DNA of 64,000 nt from an uncultured cyanobacterium (GCA_963793425.1 CAWCAG010000007.1:1157397-1221396), one strand, 5' to 3'; shown: positions 20,902-32,458, numbered from the stretch's first letter. Program-made: numbers and translations. The notes: generated by a model from the sequence alone, not told the origin.

Positions 20902-22290
20902 ATGGTAAAACCCAAAGTAGAGAATTTAGTAATCATTGGTTCTGGTCCCGCAGGTTATACTGCTGCTATCTATGCTGCTAGGGCTAACCTGAAACCCTTA
21001 ATGTTCACTGGCTACCAAGCTGGGGGCATACCGGGGGGACAGTTAATGACCACTACAGAAGTTGAGAATTTCCCTGGTTTTCCTGAAGGTATTACAGGGC
21101 CACAATTGATGGATCGCATGAAGGCACAGGCGATACGTTGGGGTACAGAATGTTATACCGAAGATGTAACCTCTGTGGATCTTTCGCAACGTCCTTTTAC
21201 GATTCGCTCCCAAGAAAGAGAGGTAAAAGCTAATAGTATAGTTATAGCAACTGGGGCAACGGCAAAACGCTTAGGTTTACCTAGTGAAGCAACTTTTTGG
21301 AGTCATGGCATTTCTGCTTGTGCTATATGTGATGGTGCAACACCGATTTTTCGGGGTGCAGAGTTAGCGGTGGTTGGTGGTGGTGATTCGGCAGCAGAAG
21401 AGTCAGTTTATTTAACCAAGTATGGCGATCGCGTTAATATGTTAGTACGGGGTGAACAGATGCGGGCTAGCAAAACCATGCAAGACCGGGTTTTGAATAA
21501 TCCCAAAATTACTGTACATTGGCAGACTGAACCTGTGGATGTTTTTGGTAAGGATGATCGTTTAGAAGGAATTAAAATCCGTAATACCAAGACGGGAGAA
21601 GAAGGGGAATTAAAGGTTGGTGGGTTGTTTTATGCGATTGGGCATACCCCCAATACTTCTTTGTTTGAAGGGCAGTTGGATTTGGATGAAGTAGGTTACA
21701 TAAAAGTCAAGCCTGGTACGGTAGAAACCAGTATAGAAGGGGTTTATGCGGCTGGAGATGTTCAGGATCACGAATATCGTCAAGCTATTACGGCTGCGGG
21801 TACTGGTTGCATGGCTGCGATGGCGGCGGAGAGATGGTTATCGGCACATAATTTAGTACAGGAATATCATCAGGATTTAGAGACAGAAAAACCTCAAACT
21901 GAAGAAAAAGAAGTTCAATCAAAGGCAGATACGGAGGAGACTTTTGATATTAACGAAACTCGCCATTATGGAGGTTATGCTTTACGTAAACTTTTTCATG
22001 ATAGCGATCGCTTAATTATGGTGAAGTATGTTTCCCCTACCTGTGGCCCCTGCCATACTTTGAAGCCAATTTTAAATAAGGTGGTGGATGAATATAAGGA
22101 TCAGATCCATTTCGTAGAAATTGATATTGCTGAAGAACAAGAAATCGCTGAGAAAGCAATGGTAGTAGGTACACCAACAATCCAGTTTTTCAAGGATAAA
22201 GAGATTTTAGCGAATCTCCAAGGATTGAAGCAAAAGAGTGAGTATCGTCAGGTAATTGAGAGTCATTTATCTGTTGGTGCTAATCGCTAA
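20902..22290 (+). CDS. ntrC: NADPH thioredoxin reductase C (TrxB plus C-terminal thioredoxin)
   Basis: GSGPAG, CAIC redox motif, GGGDSA, C-terminal CGPC thioredoxin domain. Confidence 0.95.
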   Translation: MVKPKVENLVIIGSGPAGYTAAIYAARANLKPLMFTGYQAGGIPGGQLMTTTEVENFPGFPEGITGPQLMDRMKAQAIRWGTECYTEDVTSVDLSQRPFTIRSQEREVKANSIVIATGATAKRLGLPSEATFWSHGISACAICDGATPIFRGAELAVVGGGDSAAEESVYLTKYGDRVNMLVRGEQMRASKTMQDRVLNNPKITVHWQTEPVDVFGKDDRLEGIKIRNTKTGEEGELKVGGLFYAIGHTPNTSLFEGQLDLDEVGYIKVKPGTVETSIEGVYAAGDVQDHEYRQAITAAGTGCMAAMAAERWLSAHNLVQEYHQDLETEKPQTEEKEVQSKADTEETFDINETRHYGGYALRKLFHDSDRLIMVKYVSPTCGPCHTLKPILNKVVDEYKDQIHFVEIDIAEEQEIAEKAMVVGTPTIQFFKDKEILANLQGLKQKSEYRQVIESHLSVGANR

Positions 22291-22487
22291 TGGTTAGTAG
22301 CTAAAATATTGCAACCCACAAACTGATAAAATTGGGTCATCTTTGGCAGGATATGGGCTAGACAAGCGACCCAATTTTATTTTTAATAATATCACTGCGA
22401 TCGCTACTTTTTAGCTAGAGCAGCAAGAAGCCTCACACCATAATTTTAATTTGGTGTTGAGATGAATTGCGAGTGAAACGAACAAAC

Positions 22488-22592
22488 TTAATCTTTTGGC
22501 TGTTGCTGACTTTCAATATATTTTCGCAGCGTAGAAACAGTAACCCCGCCGCAACTAGCAATAAAGTAAGAACCGTTCCCAAAAACACTGAT
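22488..22592 (-). pseudogene. tnpA: C-terminal remnant of IS200-type Y1 transposase TnpA
   Basis: Minus strand reads [28 protein letters not shown], the TnpA C-terminal motif with the catalytic Tyr; no HUH part or start codon. Confidence 0.8.
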
Positions 22593-22614
22593 TGGACAAG
22601 GTAGTAATAAACAA

Positions 22615-23796
22615 GTGAGAACTTCCTACCAATACCGACTAAGACCAACCAAAGACCAAGCAATTAAAATTGACAAGTGGCTTGATATGTTGCGCTGTCA
22701 ATATAATTACCTGTTGGCTGATAGGTTCAATTGGTATGAACAGAATAGCTCGCCTGTTAACTCTTGCCCCTTGGTTTGCCATTTACCAGAGTTGAGGGCG
22801 AACCCCAACTATTACAGCCAAAAGAAAACACTACCTCAACTCAAGAAAGATAGACCCTGGTATAAAGATGTTCAATCCCAAGTTTTGCAAGATGCTGTCA
22901 AGCGTGTTGATAGAGCTATGATGAGATTCTTGAAAGGTGACAGCAAGGGGAAACGTAGCGGTAGGCCACGTTTTAAAGGGGCCAATAGTTACAAAACATT
23001 TACTTACCCTCAGGTGAAACAAGATTGTCTACAAGGCAATCTAATCACCTTGTCCAAGTTGGGCAAAGTCAAGGTTATCTTGCATCGTCAAATACCTGAC
23101 GGGTTCAAAATCAAAACCGCTAGTGTTACCAGCAAAGCAGGGAATTACTACCTCACCCTCTCATTAGAAGATGCCACAGTACCTGAGATTAAACCCGACT
23201 TTGATTGTAATTCAATAACCGGAATTGACTTGGGGCTTAAGGAGTTTCTAACTACTGCTGATGGTGAAACAGTGCCAATTCCCCAGCATTATCGCAAAGC
23301 GCAGAAGCGACTAAAGCTTATTCAAAAGCGAGTATCACGCCGCAAGAAAGGGAGCAAAGGTAGGGCTAAAGCTATTAAGCAAGTAGCCAAACAACATAAA
23401 AAAGTAGCTGACAAGCGCAAAGATTTCCACTTCAAAACAGCTAATTATCTGTTGTCAAAATATGATGTAGTAGCTCATGAGAAGTTAAACGTCAAAGGTC
23501 TTTCTCGTACACGATTAGCTAAATCTGTCCATGATGCCGGGTGGTCTAGTTTTCTGTCGATACTAACAAACAAAGCCGAGAATGCTGGTTTGTTGGTTAT
23601 CCCAGTCAACCCCCGAAACACATCACAAGATTGCTCTGGCTGTGGAGAGAAAGTACCTAAGAAGCTGTCGGTACGGTGGCATGATTGCCCACACTGTGGA
23701 TGCAGTCTAGACCGTGACCATAACGCAGCTCTAAATATAAGGAATAGAGCGGTAGGGCATTCCGTTCTTAAAGCTGAGAGCCTCCGCGTGCAATAG
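22615..23796 (+). CDS. tnpB: RNA-guided endonuclease TnpB
   Basis: N-terminal YQYRLRPT, RuvC motifs GIDLG / HEKL / DRDHNAA, zinc finger CSGC..CPHC. Confidence 0.95.
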   Translation: MRTSYQYRLRPTKDQAIKIDKWLDMLRCQYNYLLADRFNWYEQNSSPVNSCPLVCHLPELRANPNYYSQKKTLPQLKKDRPWYKDVQSQVLQDAVKRVDRAMMRFLKGDSKGKRSGRPRFKGANSYKTFTYPQVKQDCLQGNLITLSKLGKVKVILHRQIPDGFKIKTASVTSKAGNYYLTLSLEDATVPEIKPDFDCNSITGIDLGLKEFLTTADGETVPIPQHYRKAQKRLKLIQKRVSRRKKGSKGRAKAIKQVAKQHKKVADKRKDFHFKTANYLLSKYDVVAHEKLNVKGLSRTRLAKSVHDAGWSSFLSILTNKAENAGLLVIPVNPRNTSQDCSGCGEKVPKKLSVRWHDCPHCGCSLDRDHNAALNIRNRAVGHSVLKAESLRVQ

Positions 23797-23897
23797 CCGG
23801 ATTGTCTCAGAAGCCTACACTATACTCAAAGAGTTAGTGTAGGAGTATGTCACCAAAGCATTTTCCCTAGAATAGAAACAGATTAACTCAAAGGCAA

Positions 23898-24545
23898 TTG
23901 TCAATGGTAACATTACAGCTTAAGCAGTTAACTATCCCTTTGGGACATCGGGTTATGTTGACTGGGGTAAACTGGTCAAAGTTTGAAGAGATTTTACAGG
24001 AACTTGGGGAAAAAAGAGCTAGTAGGATAGCTTACTCTCAGCATAAATTAGAAATTAGGATGCCGTTGCCAGAACACGAGTTTGATAAAGAAATTATTGG
24101 TGATATGGTGAAGATTTTGCTTGAAGAATTGGAAATAGATCGCGAATGTTACGGCTCAACGACTTTCAAGCGCAAGGATATGGTAGCAGGGATTGAGCCA
24201 GATAATTGCTTTTATATTCAAAACTATCGCTCAATGATTGGTAAAAGAAGATTAGATTTGACTGTAGATCCCCCCCCCGACTTAGCTATTGAGGTTGATG
24301 TTACCTCTAAGACACAACTGAGTGCTTATGAAGCTCTAGGAGTGCCTGAGTTATGGCAATTTTCTCAAGGAAGTTTAAAAGTTAATGTACTGCAAGAGGG
24401 GAAGTATATTGAGTCTTCTTCAAGTCCTAATTTTCCTAATTTCCCCATTACTGAAGGAATTTCTCAATTTGTGAAAATGAGTTTAACCCAGGGTTCAAGT
24501 TTTACTCTGAGGGCTTTTCGGAAGTGGGTTAGAGAGAGAGTTTAG
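23898..24545 (+). CDS. Uma2 family endonuclease (start may be ATG 23904)
   Basis: GSTTFKR, IEPDNCFYIQN, PPDLAIEVD, YEALGVPELW. Confidence 0.9.
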   Translation: MSMVTLQLKQLTIPLGHRVMLTGVNWSKFEEILQELGEKRASRIAYSQHKLEIRMPLPEHEFDKEIIGDMVKILLEELEIDRECYGSTTFKRKDMVAGIEPDNCFYIQNYRSMIGKRRLDLTVDPPPDLAIEVDVTSKTQLSAYEALGVPELWQFSQGSLKVNVLQEGKYIESSSSPNFPNFPITEGISQFVKMSLTQGSSFTLRAFRKWVRERV

Positions 24546-24575
24546 ACTTTGTTTGGATTTGGTTTTTATTGCCTC

Positions 24576-24607
24576 TTGACTCTCCAGTCGAATAGAGACA
24601 TTAACCT
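24576..24607 (+). promoter_or_regulatory. MerR-type (CueR/ZntR-like) promoter and operator
   Basis: -35 TTGACT, 20-bp spacer containing the imperfect dyad TCTCCAGTCGAATAGAGA, -10 TAACCT; just upstream of the metal ATPase. Confidence 0.7.
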
Positions 24608-24634
24608 CAAAGTAGGTTAAGAGGAAAAAACGTC

Positions 24635-26880
24635 ATGGAAACAGCTAATCTCAGGTTGCAAGGAATGAGTTGTGCTTCTTGTGCAAATAGCATTGAGACA
24701 ATAGTTAAAAGAGTTGAGGGTGTAAAGGGTTGTCAGGTGAATTTTGCTACTGCCCAAGCTAAAGTTGAATACAATCCCCAGAAAACGGATCTAGAAACTA
24801 TTCAGCAGGCAATAATTAAGGTTGGTTATGGTGCGGAAATAAATTCAGGAGATAGGGAGGAAGCAGAATCTACACGCAAAAAGGAACAAAGAGATTTAAC
24901 TCGCAAAGTTATCTTTGGGGCAGTGGTTAGTACTATTTTAATAGTCGGTTCCCTTCCTGCTATGACAGGGATTGATCTCCCCTTTATTCCCTCTTGGTTA
25001 CACAACTTTTGGCTACAATTGGTATTAAGCACCCCTGTAATATTTTGGTGTGGCAAAGGCTTTTTTATTGGTGCGTTTAAAGCCTTGCAACGTCGTAGTA
25101 CAGATATGAATAGTTTGGTAGCTTTGGGTACTGGTACTGCTTATTTTTATTCTTTGTGGGTTACCGTATTTCCTAACTTTTTCCTTAATAGGGATTTGCC
25201 CTTGGCAGTTTATTATGAAGCTGCGGTGGTTATTATTACTTTAATTCTTTTGGGGCGCTTGTTGGAAAGTCGGTCAAAGCGCAAACATCCGCAGCAATCG
25301 GTAAGCTGATGGGGCTGCAAGTGAAAACAGCAAGACTTATACGTGATGGGGAAGTTGAGGATATTCCCTTAGAAGAAGTTATAGTAGGGGATGTGGTTGC
25401 GGTACGGCCAGGAGAAAAAATTCCTGTGGATGGGGAGGTTGTTGCTGGTACTTCTACAGTAGATGAGGCGATGGTGACGGGGGAAGCCATGGCTGTAGAA
25501 AAGCAACCTGGAGATGAGGTGATTGGGGCAACAATTAATAAAACCGGCAGTTTTCAATTCCGTGCCTTGCGCGTAGGAAAAGATACAGTCTTAGCACAGA
25601 TTATTAAGTTAGTGCAAGATGCCCAAACTAGTAAAGCACCAATTCAAAAGCTTGCTGATCAAGTTACGGGTTGGTTTGTGCCGGGGGTGATGATCATTGC
25701 GATCACAACTTTCCTGATTTGGTTTTATCTCGTCGGCAATTTAACCTTAGCTATAGTTACTACGGTGAGTGTTTTAATTATTGCTTGCCCTTGTGCCTTG
25801 GGTTTAGCAACACCAACCTCAATTATGGTTGGTACAGGCAAAGGGGCAGAATATGGCGTTTTGATTAAAGGTGGAGATAGTTTAGAGTTAGCCCAGAAGA
25901 TTCAAACTGTGGTTTTAGATAAAACCGGAACTATAACTCAAGGGCAACCCAGCGTTACTAATTATCTTACCGTTAAAGGTATCAAAGAAGGCAATGAAAT
26001 TCAACTTCTTACCTTAGTTGCAGCAATAGAAGCAAATTCTGAGCATCCCCTTGCCCAAGGGATTGTAAATTATGCTCAAAATCAAGGAATTAAGTTATCT
26101 TCACCAGAAGTAGAGGATTTTTCCGCCATTGTGGGGAAAGGGGTGCAAGGGATTGTGGCAGGGAAAAGGGTACAAATTGGTACACAGCATTGGTTAAATG
26201 AATCGGGCATAGATACTAAGGGTTTGCAAGCGGATGATTCGGTTTGGCAAGGTGAAGCAAAAACCACAGTCTGGATTGCTGTGGATGGGGAAGTTGCAGG
26301 TTTGTTAGGTATTGCCGATACTTTGAAACCATCAGCAGTAACGACGGTAAAAGCCTTGCGAAACTTGGGTTTAGAAGTAGTTATGTTAACAGGAGATAAT
26401 CGCCCCACCGCCGAAGCCATTGCCCACGAAGCAGGGATTCAGCGAGTGATAGCTGAAGTCTTACCTGAGCAAAAAGCTAGTCAAATCAAAGCTTTGCAAC
26501 AAGAAGGGAAAGTTGTAGCGATGGTAGGAGATGGCATCAACGATGCCCCAGCCTTAACTCAAGCGGATGTGGGCATTGCTATTGGTACAGGGACAGATGT
26601 GGCTATGGCAGCTAGCGATATCACCTTAATTTCTGGGGATTTACAAGGTATTGTTACAGCAATTAAATTAAGCAAAGCGACGATGAAAAATATTCGTCAA
26701 AATCTCTTTTTTGCTTATGTTTATAACCTTTCAGCTATTCCTCTTGCCGCAGGTATTCTCTATCCTTTCTTCGGTTGGCTACTTAATCCGGCGATCGCGG
26801 GGGGCGCAATGGCTTTTAGTTCTGTTTCTGTAGTTACAAATGCTTTGCGTTTACGTAATTTTTCAAGGATCACTGACTAG
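24635..26880 (+). CDS. copA: Cu(I)-translocating P1B-ATPase (PacS/CopA-like), one frameshift near 25280
   Basis: GMSCASC HMA domain, [30 protein letters not shown] and MAFSS motifs over two abutting ORFs. Confidence 0.92.
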
Positions 26881-26971
26881 ATTAATTTAATTCTCATTCC
26901 TTAGCCAATCAGAAAATAGTAATTGCTCAAAATGCTATTATTTAACTAAATCATTTTCTCAAAAAACTCTA

Positions 26972-27727
26972 TTGTCTCAACTACAAAGATTAGTTATTGA
27001 TGCTAATCAAAAACAACAAAAACAAGTAACTCTCACTTCAGAGCAACAACATTATCTCAAAAGAGTACTACGTTTAGAACCAGGAGAAAAGTTTATTGCT
27101 ATGGACGGAAAAGGCAAATCTTGGCTAGTTCAACTGCAAGAAAACACAGCAGAAATCCTGGAATCTTTAGCTGTGCAAACAGAATTGAATCTCAACGTTA
27201 CCTTACTAGTTGCTTTGCCTAAAAATAAAGGTTTTGAGCAAATTGTTCGTTGTTGTACGGAACTAGGAGTTACTAAACTGGTTCCGATCATTAGCGATCG
27301 CACTTTATTGCAACCTAGTACAAATAAATTAAAACGTTGGCGTAAAATTGCCCAAGAAGCAGCCGAACAATCAGAACGTCAGCTTGTACCAACCATCACT
27401 GAATCAATGAGTTTAAATGCAGCCCTTTCATGGGTTAAAGATAATAGTTTAAATAGCCATAAATATATCTGTGTTGCCCGCAAAGATGCTCCTCATTTAG
27501 GACAATACTTATTTAATACTCAACAACAAAAGCAAGAACAAGGTATTGTTTTAGCAACAGGAGCAGAAGGCGGTTGGACTACTACTGAAGTTGAACAAGC
27601 TACTAATATTGGTTTCTTGTCCGTCTCTCTAGGAAAACGAATTCTCCGGGCCATCACAGCCCCTATTATGGCACTATCTTTAATTGCCGCTATGGATGAA
27701 GGAGAAATAAAATTAAGCAACAAGTAA
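26972..27727 (+). CDS. rsmE: 16S rRNA m3U1498 methyltransferase
   Basis: HYLKRVLRL, TELGV, EAAEQSER, GAEGGW, LGKRILRA. Confidence 0.93.
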   Translation: MSQLQRLVIDANQKQQKQVTLTSEQQHYLKRVLRLEPGEKFIAMDGKGKSWLVQLQENTAEILESLAVQTELNLNVTLLVALPKNKGFEQIVRCCTELGVTKLVPIISDRTLLQPSTNKLKRWRKIAQEAAEQSERQLVPTITESMSLNAALSWVKDNSLNSHKYICVARKDAPHLGQYLFNTQQQKQEQGIVLATGAEGGWTTTEVEQATNIGFLSVSLGKRILRAITAPIMALSLIAAMDEGEIKLSNK

Positions 27728-27767
27728 AGGAGATTTTTTCCTTGATTACAAGGTAAAATCGAACTGA

Positions 27768-27794
27768 TAAATGTTAAATGTTAAATGTTAAATG
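27768..27794. repeat. Heptamer tandem repeat (TAAATGT)x~4
   Basis: Seen directly. Confidence 0.85.
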
Positions 27795-27798
27795 ATAT

Positions 27799-28884
27799 AT
27801 GTTTGAGCAAATTGCTGAAGCAATCAAAAGTAAAGATTATCGCCAAGCGGCACAATTGCTTTCTCCTTTAAGAAAACAACAACCAGATAATCCTTGGGTG
27901 CAACTTTATGTAGGATTAGTATATGAGGGAACAAAGCATTGGTCTAATGCTGAGAAAACCTATCGTCAATTACTCAAAGCCACAACTAACCCTAAAATAA
28001 TTACCCAAGCGCGTAAGGGTTTAGGACGCTTACAAAAAATTGAGCAAGAAAGCCGTAAACAAGCTATTGCTGAGGCTCTGGCTGCCCCAAAAGGTTCTGA
28101 CCCAGGGGTGTTAGTTTTAGAACCGATTATTCCCGCTTTGAAGCTTGAAGCAGCTAAAAGCTTCGCCAAAATTATGGAAATGGACGCTTACACAGCTAGG
28201 TTGCAAATACCCAGCCAAGGTTGGCGACTTTATCGTACCGGAAAGTTAGGAGAATTAAATTATTATGTTTCCTGCTTACAAAAAGCAGATATTAAATGTT
28301 TCTGCACTTCTTTACTAACACTCGAAACCATTAATATTTATCAAGTTCGCTACTTTCAATCTTTAGAAAAAGAAGCTAACTTTTGCTACCAAGATAGTCA
28401 AGGAAATCTCAAAACTTTATCTTTCCATTGGTCTGAAATAAGCAAAAGAGTAGAAGGTTTAGTTCCTTTATTTGACTCCGTTGTTGATACTGATGCCAGG
28501 AGAAACTTACAAAGAAAAACTCAAACCTTAGATTATGTTCAGTTTTGCGACCTTCATTTACCTGAAAAGCAAACCATCTTGAGATTAAGCGATCGCCATT
28601 ACGAATTTCAACAAGGAACTTCTTTTGCTTCTAATGGTAGAACCAGTCCTGCCCTCGGCCAAGGCACTATACGCAAGAATTGGAATAACTTAATGAATCT
28701 GATCAATCAGAAGCTTCCCCATACCCTTGTTTGGTCAGATTTTACCTATTTTGCCGAAACAGCTTTAGAATTTCCGGAAATGTTGAAGCGAGTTAAGTCG
28801 AATATTGAATTATTTCGGCGTGAAGAAACTCCTTGGGATGCTGCTTTTCAGTTATACAGTTGCTTGGTATTTTTTAAGCAATAG
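27799..28884 (+). CDS. TPR-domain conserved hypothetical protein
   Basis: N-terminal TPR-like helices (DYRQAAQLL..PDNPWVQLYVG..AEKTYRQLL); 361-aa ORF. Confidence 0.75.
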   Translation: MFEQIAEAIKSKDYRQAAQLLSPLRKQQPDNPWVQLYVGLVYEGTKHWSNAEKTYRQLLKATTNPKIITQARKGLGRLQKIEQESRKQAIAEALAAPKGSDPGVLVLEPIIPALKLEAAKSFAKIMEMDAYTARLQIPSQGWRLYRTGKLGELNYYVSCLQKADIKCFCTSLLTLETINIYQVRYFQSLEKEANFCYQDSQGNLKTLSFHWSEISKRVEGLVPLFDSVVDTDARRNLQRKTQTLDYVQFCDLHLPEKQTILRLSDRHYEFQQGTSFASNGRTSPALGQGTIRKNWNNLMNLINQKLPHTLVWSDFTYFAETALEFPEMLKRVKSNIELFRREETPWDAAFQLYSCLVFFKQ

Positions 28885-29203
28885 CTTTGGCTCACTAAAA
28901 ATTTAAGTATAGGTTTTTTTAATTACATCTATTCGAGGTGAATTATTATTGTCTAACCCTTGTAGGCTCTTACTAAAAACATTCGACCAATTCAAAGTAA
29001 TCAGTCTAGGGAATGCCAGACAAACAGCAGTATTCAACAAAGTAATTAAACAGAAATCTAAGGCAGTAAATTCCATATTTTTTTGAGCCTACATCTTGTG
29101 CTTGTTTTTTATATCTTAATATATACGTATTTTCATGGGGATGTACTGATGCACCTTTAGCAAGATTTTAAATCTCTTTTAGCATCAAGAAGTTTTCCTG
29201 GAC

Positions 29204-29236
29204 AAAAAAATAGAGATGTTGCTGGCAACATCTCTA
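29204..29236 (-). terminator. Intrinsic terminator after the TerB/Mo-nitro_C gene
   Basis: Stem TAGAGATGTTGC / GCAACATCTCTA adjacent to an A7 run (U-tract on the minus strand). Confidence 0.7.
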
Positions 29237-29255
29237 CCAAAAATGGCTTTATTCC

Positions 29256-29966
29256 TTAGCAATAAGGGCTGACATCCTCACCACAATCATCAGCTAAATA
29301 AGACAAAGAACGAAAACGTAGCCCGACTAACTGTTCGTAAAGAGGATTAAGCTTACACATCGCTGGAATATGAGCAATTTTACGACCAAAAAGGTTAATA
29401 TCTCGCTCTAAAGGGCATTGAGGAGGAACCATCTTACAAATAAACTTAGCTACCTTGGGGTCATTAACTTTCATCCCGTCAAGCCAATCTTTAACTGGCT
29501 GAAGAACTTTAGTATTAGAATCTTCTGAATCAGCGGGTTTTTGTAAAGGAGAAGCACTAGCACCTGATGTAGCTGGATCTTCTGCTTCAGGATGATATAA
29601 AGTTGATTCTAGAGATTTAAGGGCAGCTATTTCTATATCCAAAGCCTGACTAAAACTTTTCAACAATTCTGCTTCCGGATGAGAATAAACTCCATCAGCC
29701 ACAGCTACCATCACTGCTGTTCTCAAAAAGTTTTCTGCGGTTTCAGGCTCTTTACCTAAATTTATGGCTAAATCTTCTGGACTAATTTTCTCTAACGAAT
29801 CTAAACCTCCATCTTGAGAAGAAGCCAATCCTTCCTCTGCTAATTGACTAATTAACTGTTGTTCCTCCGGATCGAAATTTCCATCTGCCCAAGCTATTGT
29901 TAGCAGACCACGCAGCCACGCTACAATTTGCTTATGGGTGTAGGGTGATTGAACTAAACTTGTCAT
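29256..29966 (-). CDS. TerB-like plus 'Mo-dependent nitrogenase C-terminal' domain protein
   Basis: IAWADGNFDPEE, VAVADGVYS; C-terminal PPQCPLERD..PAMCKLNPLYEQLVGLRFRSLSYLAD.CGED. Confidence 0.85.
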   Translation of the reverse strand: MTSLVQSPYTHKQIVAWLRGLLTIAWADGNFDPEEQQLISQLAEEGLASSQDGGLDSLEKISPEDLAINLGKEPETAENFLRTAVMVAVADGVYSHPEAELLKSFSQALDIEIAALKSLESTLYHPEAEDPATSGASASPLQKPADSEDSNTKVLQPVKDWLDGMKVNDPKVAKFICKMVPPQCPLERDINLFGRKIAHIPAMCKLNPLYEQLVGLRFRSLSYLADDCGEDVSPYC

Positions 29967-30413
29967 AAAAATCCACTAAAGAAAACTGCATCAAACCATT
30001 AATTCGAGTCGGCACTAACTAAAAGTGTAGCCTTAATAATATAAGGAGCAAATTTTGACTTGGTTGGATAAAAAACGACTCGTATATAGTGGCTTAGTTT
30101 TTACTACACACAGAAATAAAATATTTCCTTACTTTCATCTTAACTAGTGGATTGGAGAAACCGCTTGTTAGTCTGAGATGGGTTTCCCCTATGGATTTTT
30201 ATTTAGTTCTCAAATTTTTCTAACTATGTAGGATGGAGTAGTAAGGTTATGCGATCGCCGCTTTTCTAACCACACCTGACAAAGCTAAATAAGTTTGAAA
30301 ATATTTCCGAGATTAACTAGCTTAGTCGTGAAGATTAATAATATCCTCATTAAATTTAATGAAAAGAGCGATCGCGCCAATTATCGGAAACTTTTATTTC
30401 TTAGGTATAGGAG

Positions 30414-31286
30414 ATGACTAAATTGAGTTTATTAGCTAACTGGACTAAAAAAGCTGCTGTATTGGCTTCTGTTTGTACTTTAATCTTTGCTCCTGGTGCA
30501 GCCACAATGCCTGCTTCAGCAGAAACAGCAGAAAACAACTCTCAAGTGTACAAACTTGCTGAAGAGGAACTTCCTGAACAATTTTATATTCTCTATCGTA
30601 TCGTCGAGCGTATAGCCAGAGCCAACGAAATAGATAACAGTCATTGGCGAGTGGTAATTCCTGAAGAGTACGAAATCAATGCTTTTGCCCAAGAAGCAAA
30701 TCTTTTAGTTATCTATCATGGTTTATTAGACCAGCTTGAAGGAGACGTTTCTGCCTTGGCTTGTGTTGTTGGTCATGAAATGGCCCATCACTACCACCAG
30801 CATATTCCTATTTATCATGCTGAATATGACGAAGGTTTAGAAGAAATTTCTGAATCTTCCTCTGAATCCGAAGCCATTGACCCAGATTTCCCTGATGAGA
30901 GTGATAGTGACTCTAAGGAACTTGAAGAAAGAATGGCTGAACTAAAAAGGAAGCAAGAATACGAAGCCGATGCTTATGGCTATCGCTATTCTGTCCGTGC
31001 TGGGTTTGAACCAGAAGGCTGTATCCGGGCTTTAGGAGTACTTTCTCGTTTACCAGGAAGTTTGCGAGATAGTCACTCTCATCCGGCTGTTCCTGCCAGA
31101 GTTGAAGCACTAGGGACATTAACCAAAGAAGAGACTCCTGAATGGTTAAAAATGGTTGGTGGCCGAGAATTTAATAGTTCCCCTGCCTTAACTTTTAAGT
31201 GGTCAGAAGAAGACCAATCTTTGCGTATTAATTCCCAAAGGGGCGGTTCTTTTGTAGATGATTTTGAACGCTTATTTAATAATTAG
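30414..31286 (+). CDS. Secreted M48 family metallopeptidase
   Basis: Signal peptide, INAFA, GHEMAH, QEYEADAYG, SHP. Confidence 0.88.
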   Translation: MTKLSLLANWTKKAAVLASVCTLIFAPGAATMPASAETAENNSQVYKLAEEELPEQFYILYRIVERIARANEIDNSHWRVVIPEEYEINAFAQEANLLVIYHGLLDQLEGDVSALACVVGHEMAHHYHQHIPIYHAEYDEGLEEISESSSESEAIDPDFPDESDSDSKELEERMAELKRKQEYEADAYGYRYSVRAGFEPEGCIRALGVLSRLPGSLRDSHSHPAVPARVEALGTLTKEETPEWLKMVGGREFNSSPALTFKWSEEDQSLRINSQRGGSFVDDFERLFNN

Positions 31287-31287
31287 T

Positions 31288-31315
31288 TTGCTAATTGCTA
31301 ATTGCTAATTGCTAA
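31288..31315. repeat. Heptamer tandem repeat (TTGCTAA)x4
   Basis: Seen directly after the M48 stop codon. Confidence 0.88.
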
Positions 31316-31342
31316 TCGTACAAGGGAATGGGGAACAGCATT

Positions 31343-31846
31343 TTAACTTGTAACTTCCCCAGCTCCCCAGCTCCCCATCTCCCCATCTCCCAACTTCCTA
31401 CCAACCTTCAAAAATAAAGCCCATCTCACTAACTTAGTCATTTCCGGATTACCCCAAACAGACTTTAAATCCTCTTCAATTGCTTCAAGGGGATTAATCT
31501 GATTTTGGGCAAGGAAATTTCTGGTGGAAGACCAAGTATTTAAGTAACCAATTAAATGGTTTATTGACCAAGTTTGCTCCATAAAAAAGTTAGGAGGAGA
31601 TAGTTCCAAAAAAGGAAAAGGAATTGAGGCATACTTTTCCTCTAATAAACTTCTCTCTGGCGGCCAAAAATCTCCGACTATTTCATAGCAATATTCTGTC
31701 ACTATTTGGTCTATTTCTGGGGAGATTTCCATCAATCCATAACCCCAAACTGCAATAATACCTCCGGGTTTTAGAACTCGTTGCACCTCATGAAAAAAAT
31801 CAGCAATATTAAACCAATGAAGTGCTTGGGCTACAGTCAAGCTCAA
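31343..31846 (-). pseudogene. 5'-truncated class I SAM methyltransferase
   Basis: Starts at LTVAQALHWF..RVLKPGG (mid-domain); SAM-binding motif I absent; abuts the pth stop; 3' end runs into CTCCCCA-type heptamers. Confidence 0.7.
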
Positions 31847-31849
31847 ACT

Positions 31850-32458
31850 TTAAGTTAAAATGGTGCGTCCATTGTAAAGACTCATAGCTTTTTCTACCCC
31901 TTCATTCAAGCTCAATTCCGTAGCATCAATTACCATCTTCATTACTTCAGAGATCAGCTTTTTCTCTTCAGGAGAAAACTTTCCTAAAACATGGGAAACC
32001 GTACCTTTTTGAGGAGAAGCTTTACTAATACCAACACGCAAGCGAGGGAAATTTTGCGTACCAAAATGAGCAATAAGAGATTTCATTCCATTGTGTCCCC
32101 CCGCAGATCCCGTTAATCGCAGACGCAAACGCCCAATCGGTAAATCCATATCATCATAAACAACCAAAACCTTCTCCGGGGCAATTTTAAACCAATCAAT
32201 CACAGCCCTAACAGATTGCCCAGAGCGATTCATATAGGTAAGGGGTTTAAGCAAGCGAATTTTCTGTCCGTTGGGGGCTAGTCCCTCCCCTAATAAGCCT
32301 TGGAAACGGCGCTGTTCTTTCCAGGAGACACCCCAAAACTCACTTAAGGCATCAACAACCTCAAAACCAATATTGTGCCGCGTCTGGTCGTATTTTGGCT
32401 CCGGGTTGCCCAAACCAACAATTAATTCAGGTATAACTAATTCTGACTGTGAAGGCAT
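31850..32458 (-). CDS. pth: Peptidyl-tRNA hydrolase
   Basis: LIVGLGNP, TRHNIGF, KPLTYMNRSG, GGHNG. Confidence 0.96.
   Translation of the reverse strand: MPSQSELVIPELIVGLGNPEPKYDQTRHNIGFEVVDALSEFWGVSWKEQRRFQGLLGEGLAPNGQKIRLLKPLTYMNRSGQSVRAVIDWFKIAPEKVLVVYDDMDLPIGRLRLRLTGSAGGHNGMKSLIAHFGTQNFPRLRVGISKASPQKGTVSHVLGKFSPEEKKLISEVMKMVIDATELSLNEGVEKAMSLYNGRTILT

Larger units (their letters stand above)
22424..23853 (+). mobile_element. IS200/IS605-family element (IS605-type divergent layout), non-autonomous after internal tnpA deletion; left boundary approximate
   Basis: Related subterminal hairpins at both ends (AGAAGCCTCACACCA...TGGTGTTGAG; AGAAGCCTACACTA...TAGTGTAGG); right end TCAC at 23850-23853. 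Confidence 0.8.

Noticed and set aside
22433..22663. 76-aa hydrophobic minus-strand ORF
   Set aside because: Wrong frame; the meaningful signal is the TnpA remnant in another frame
29256..29966. Nitrogenase component
   Set aside because: The domain name is historical; no nif motifs or nif genes are present
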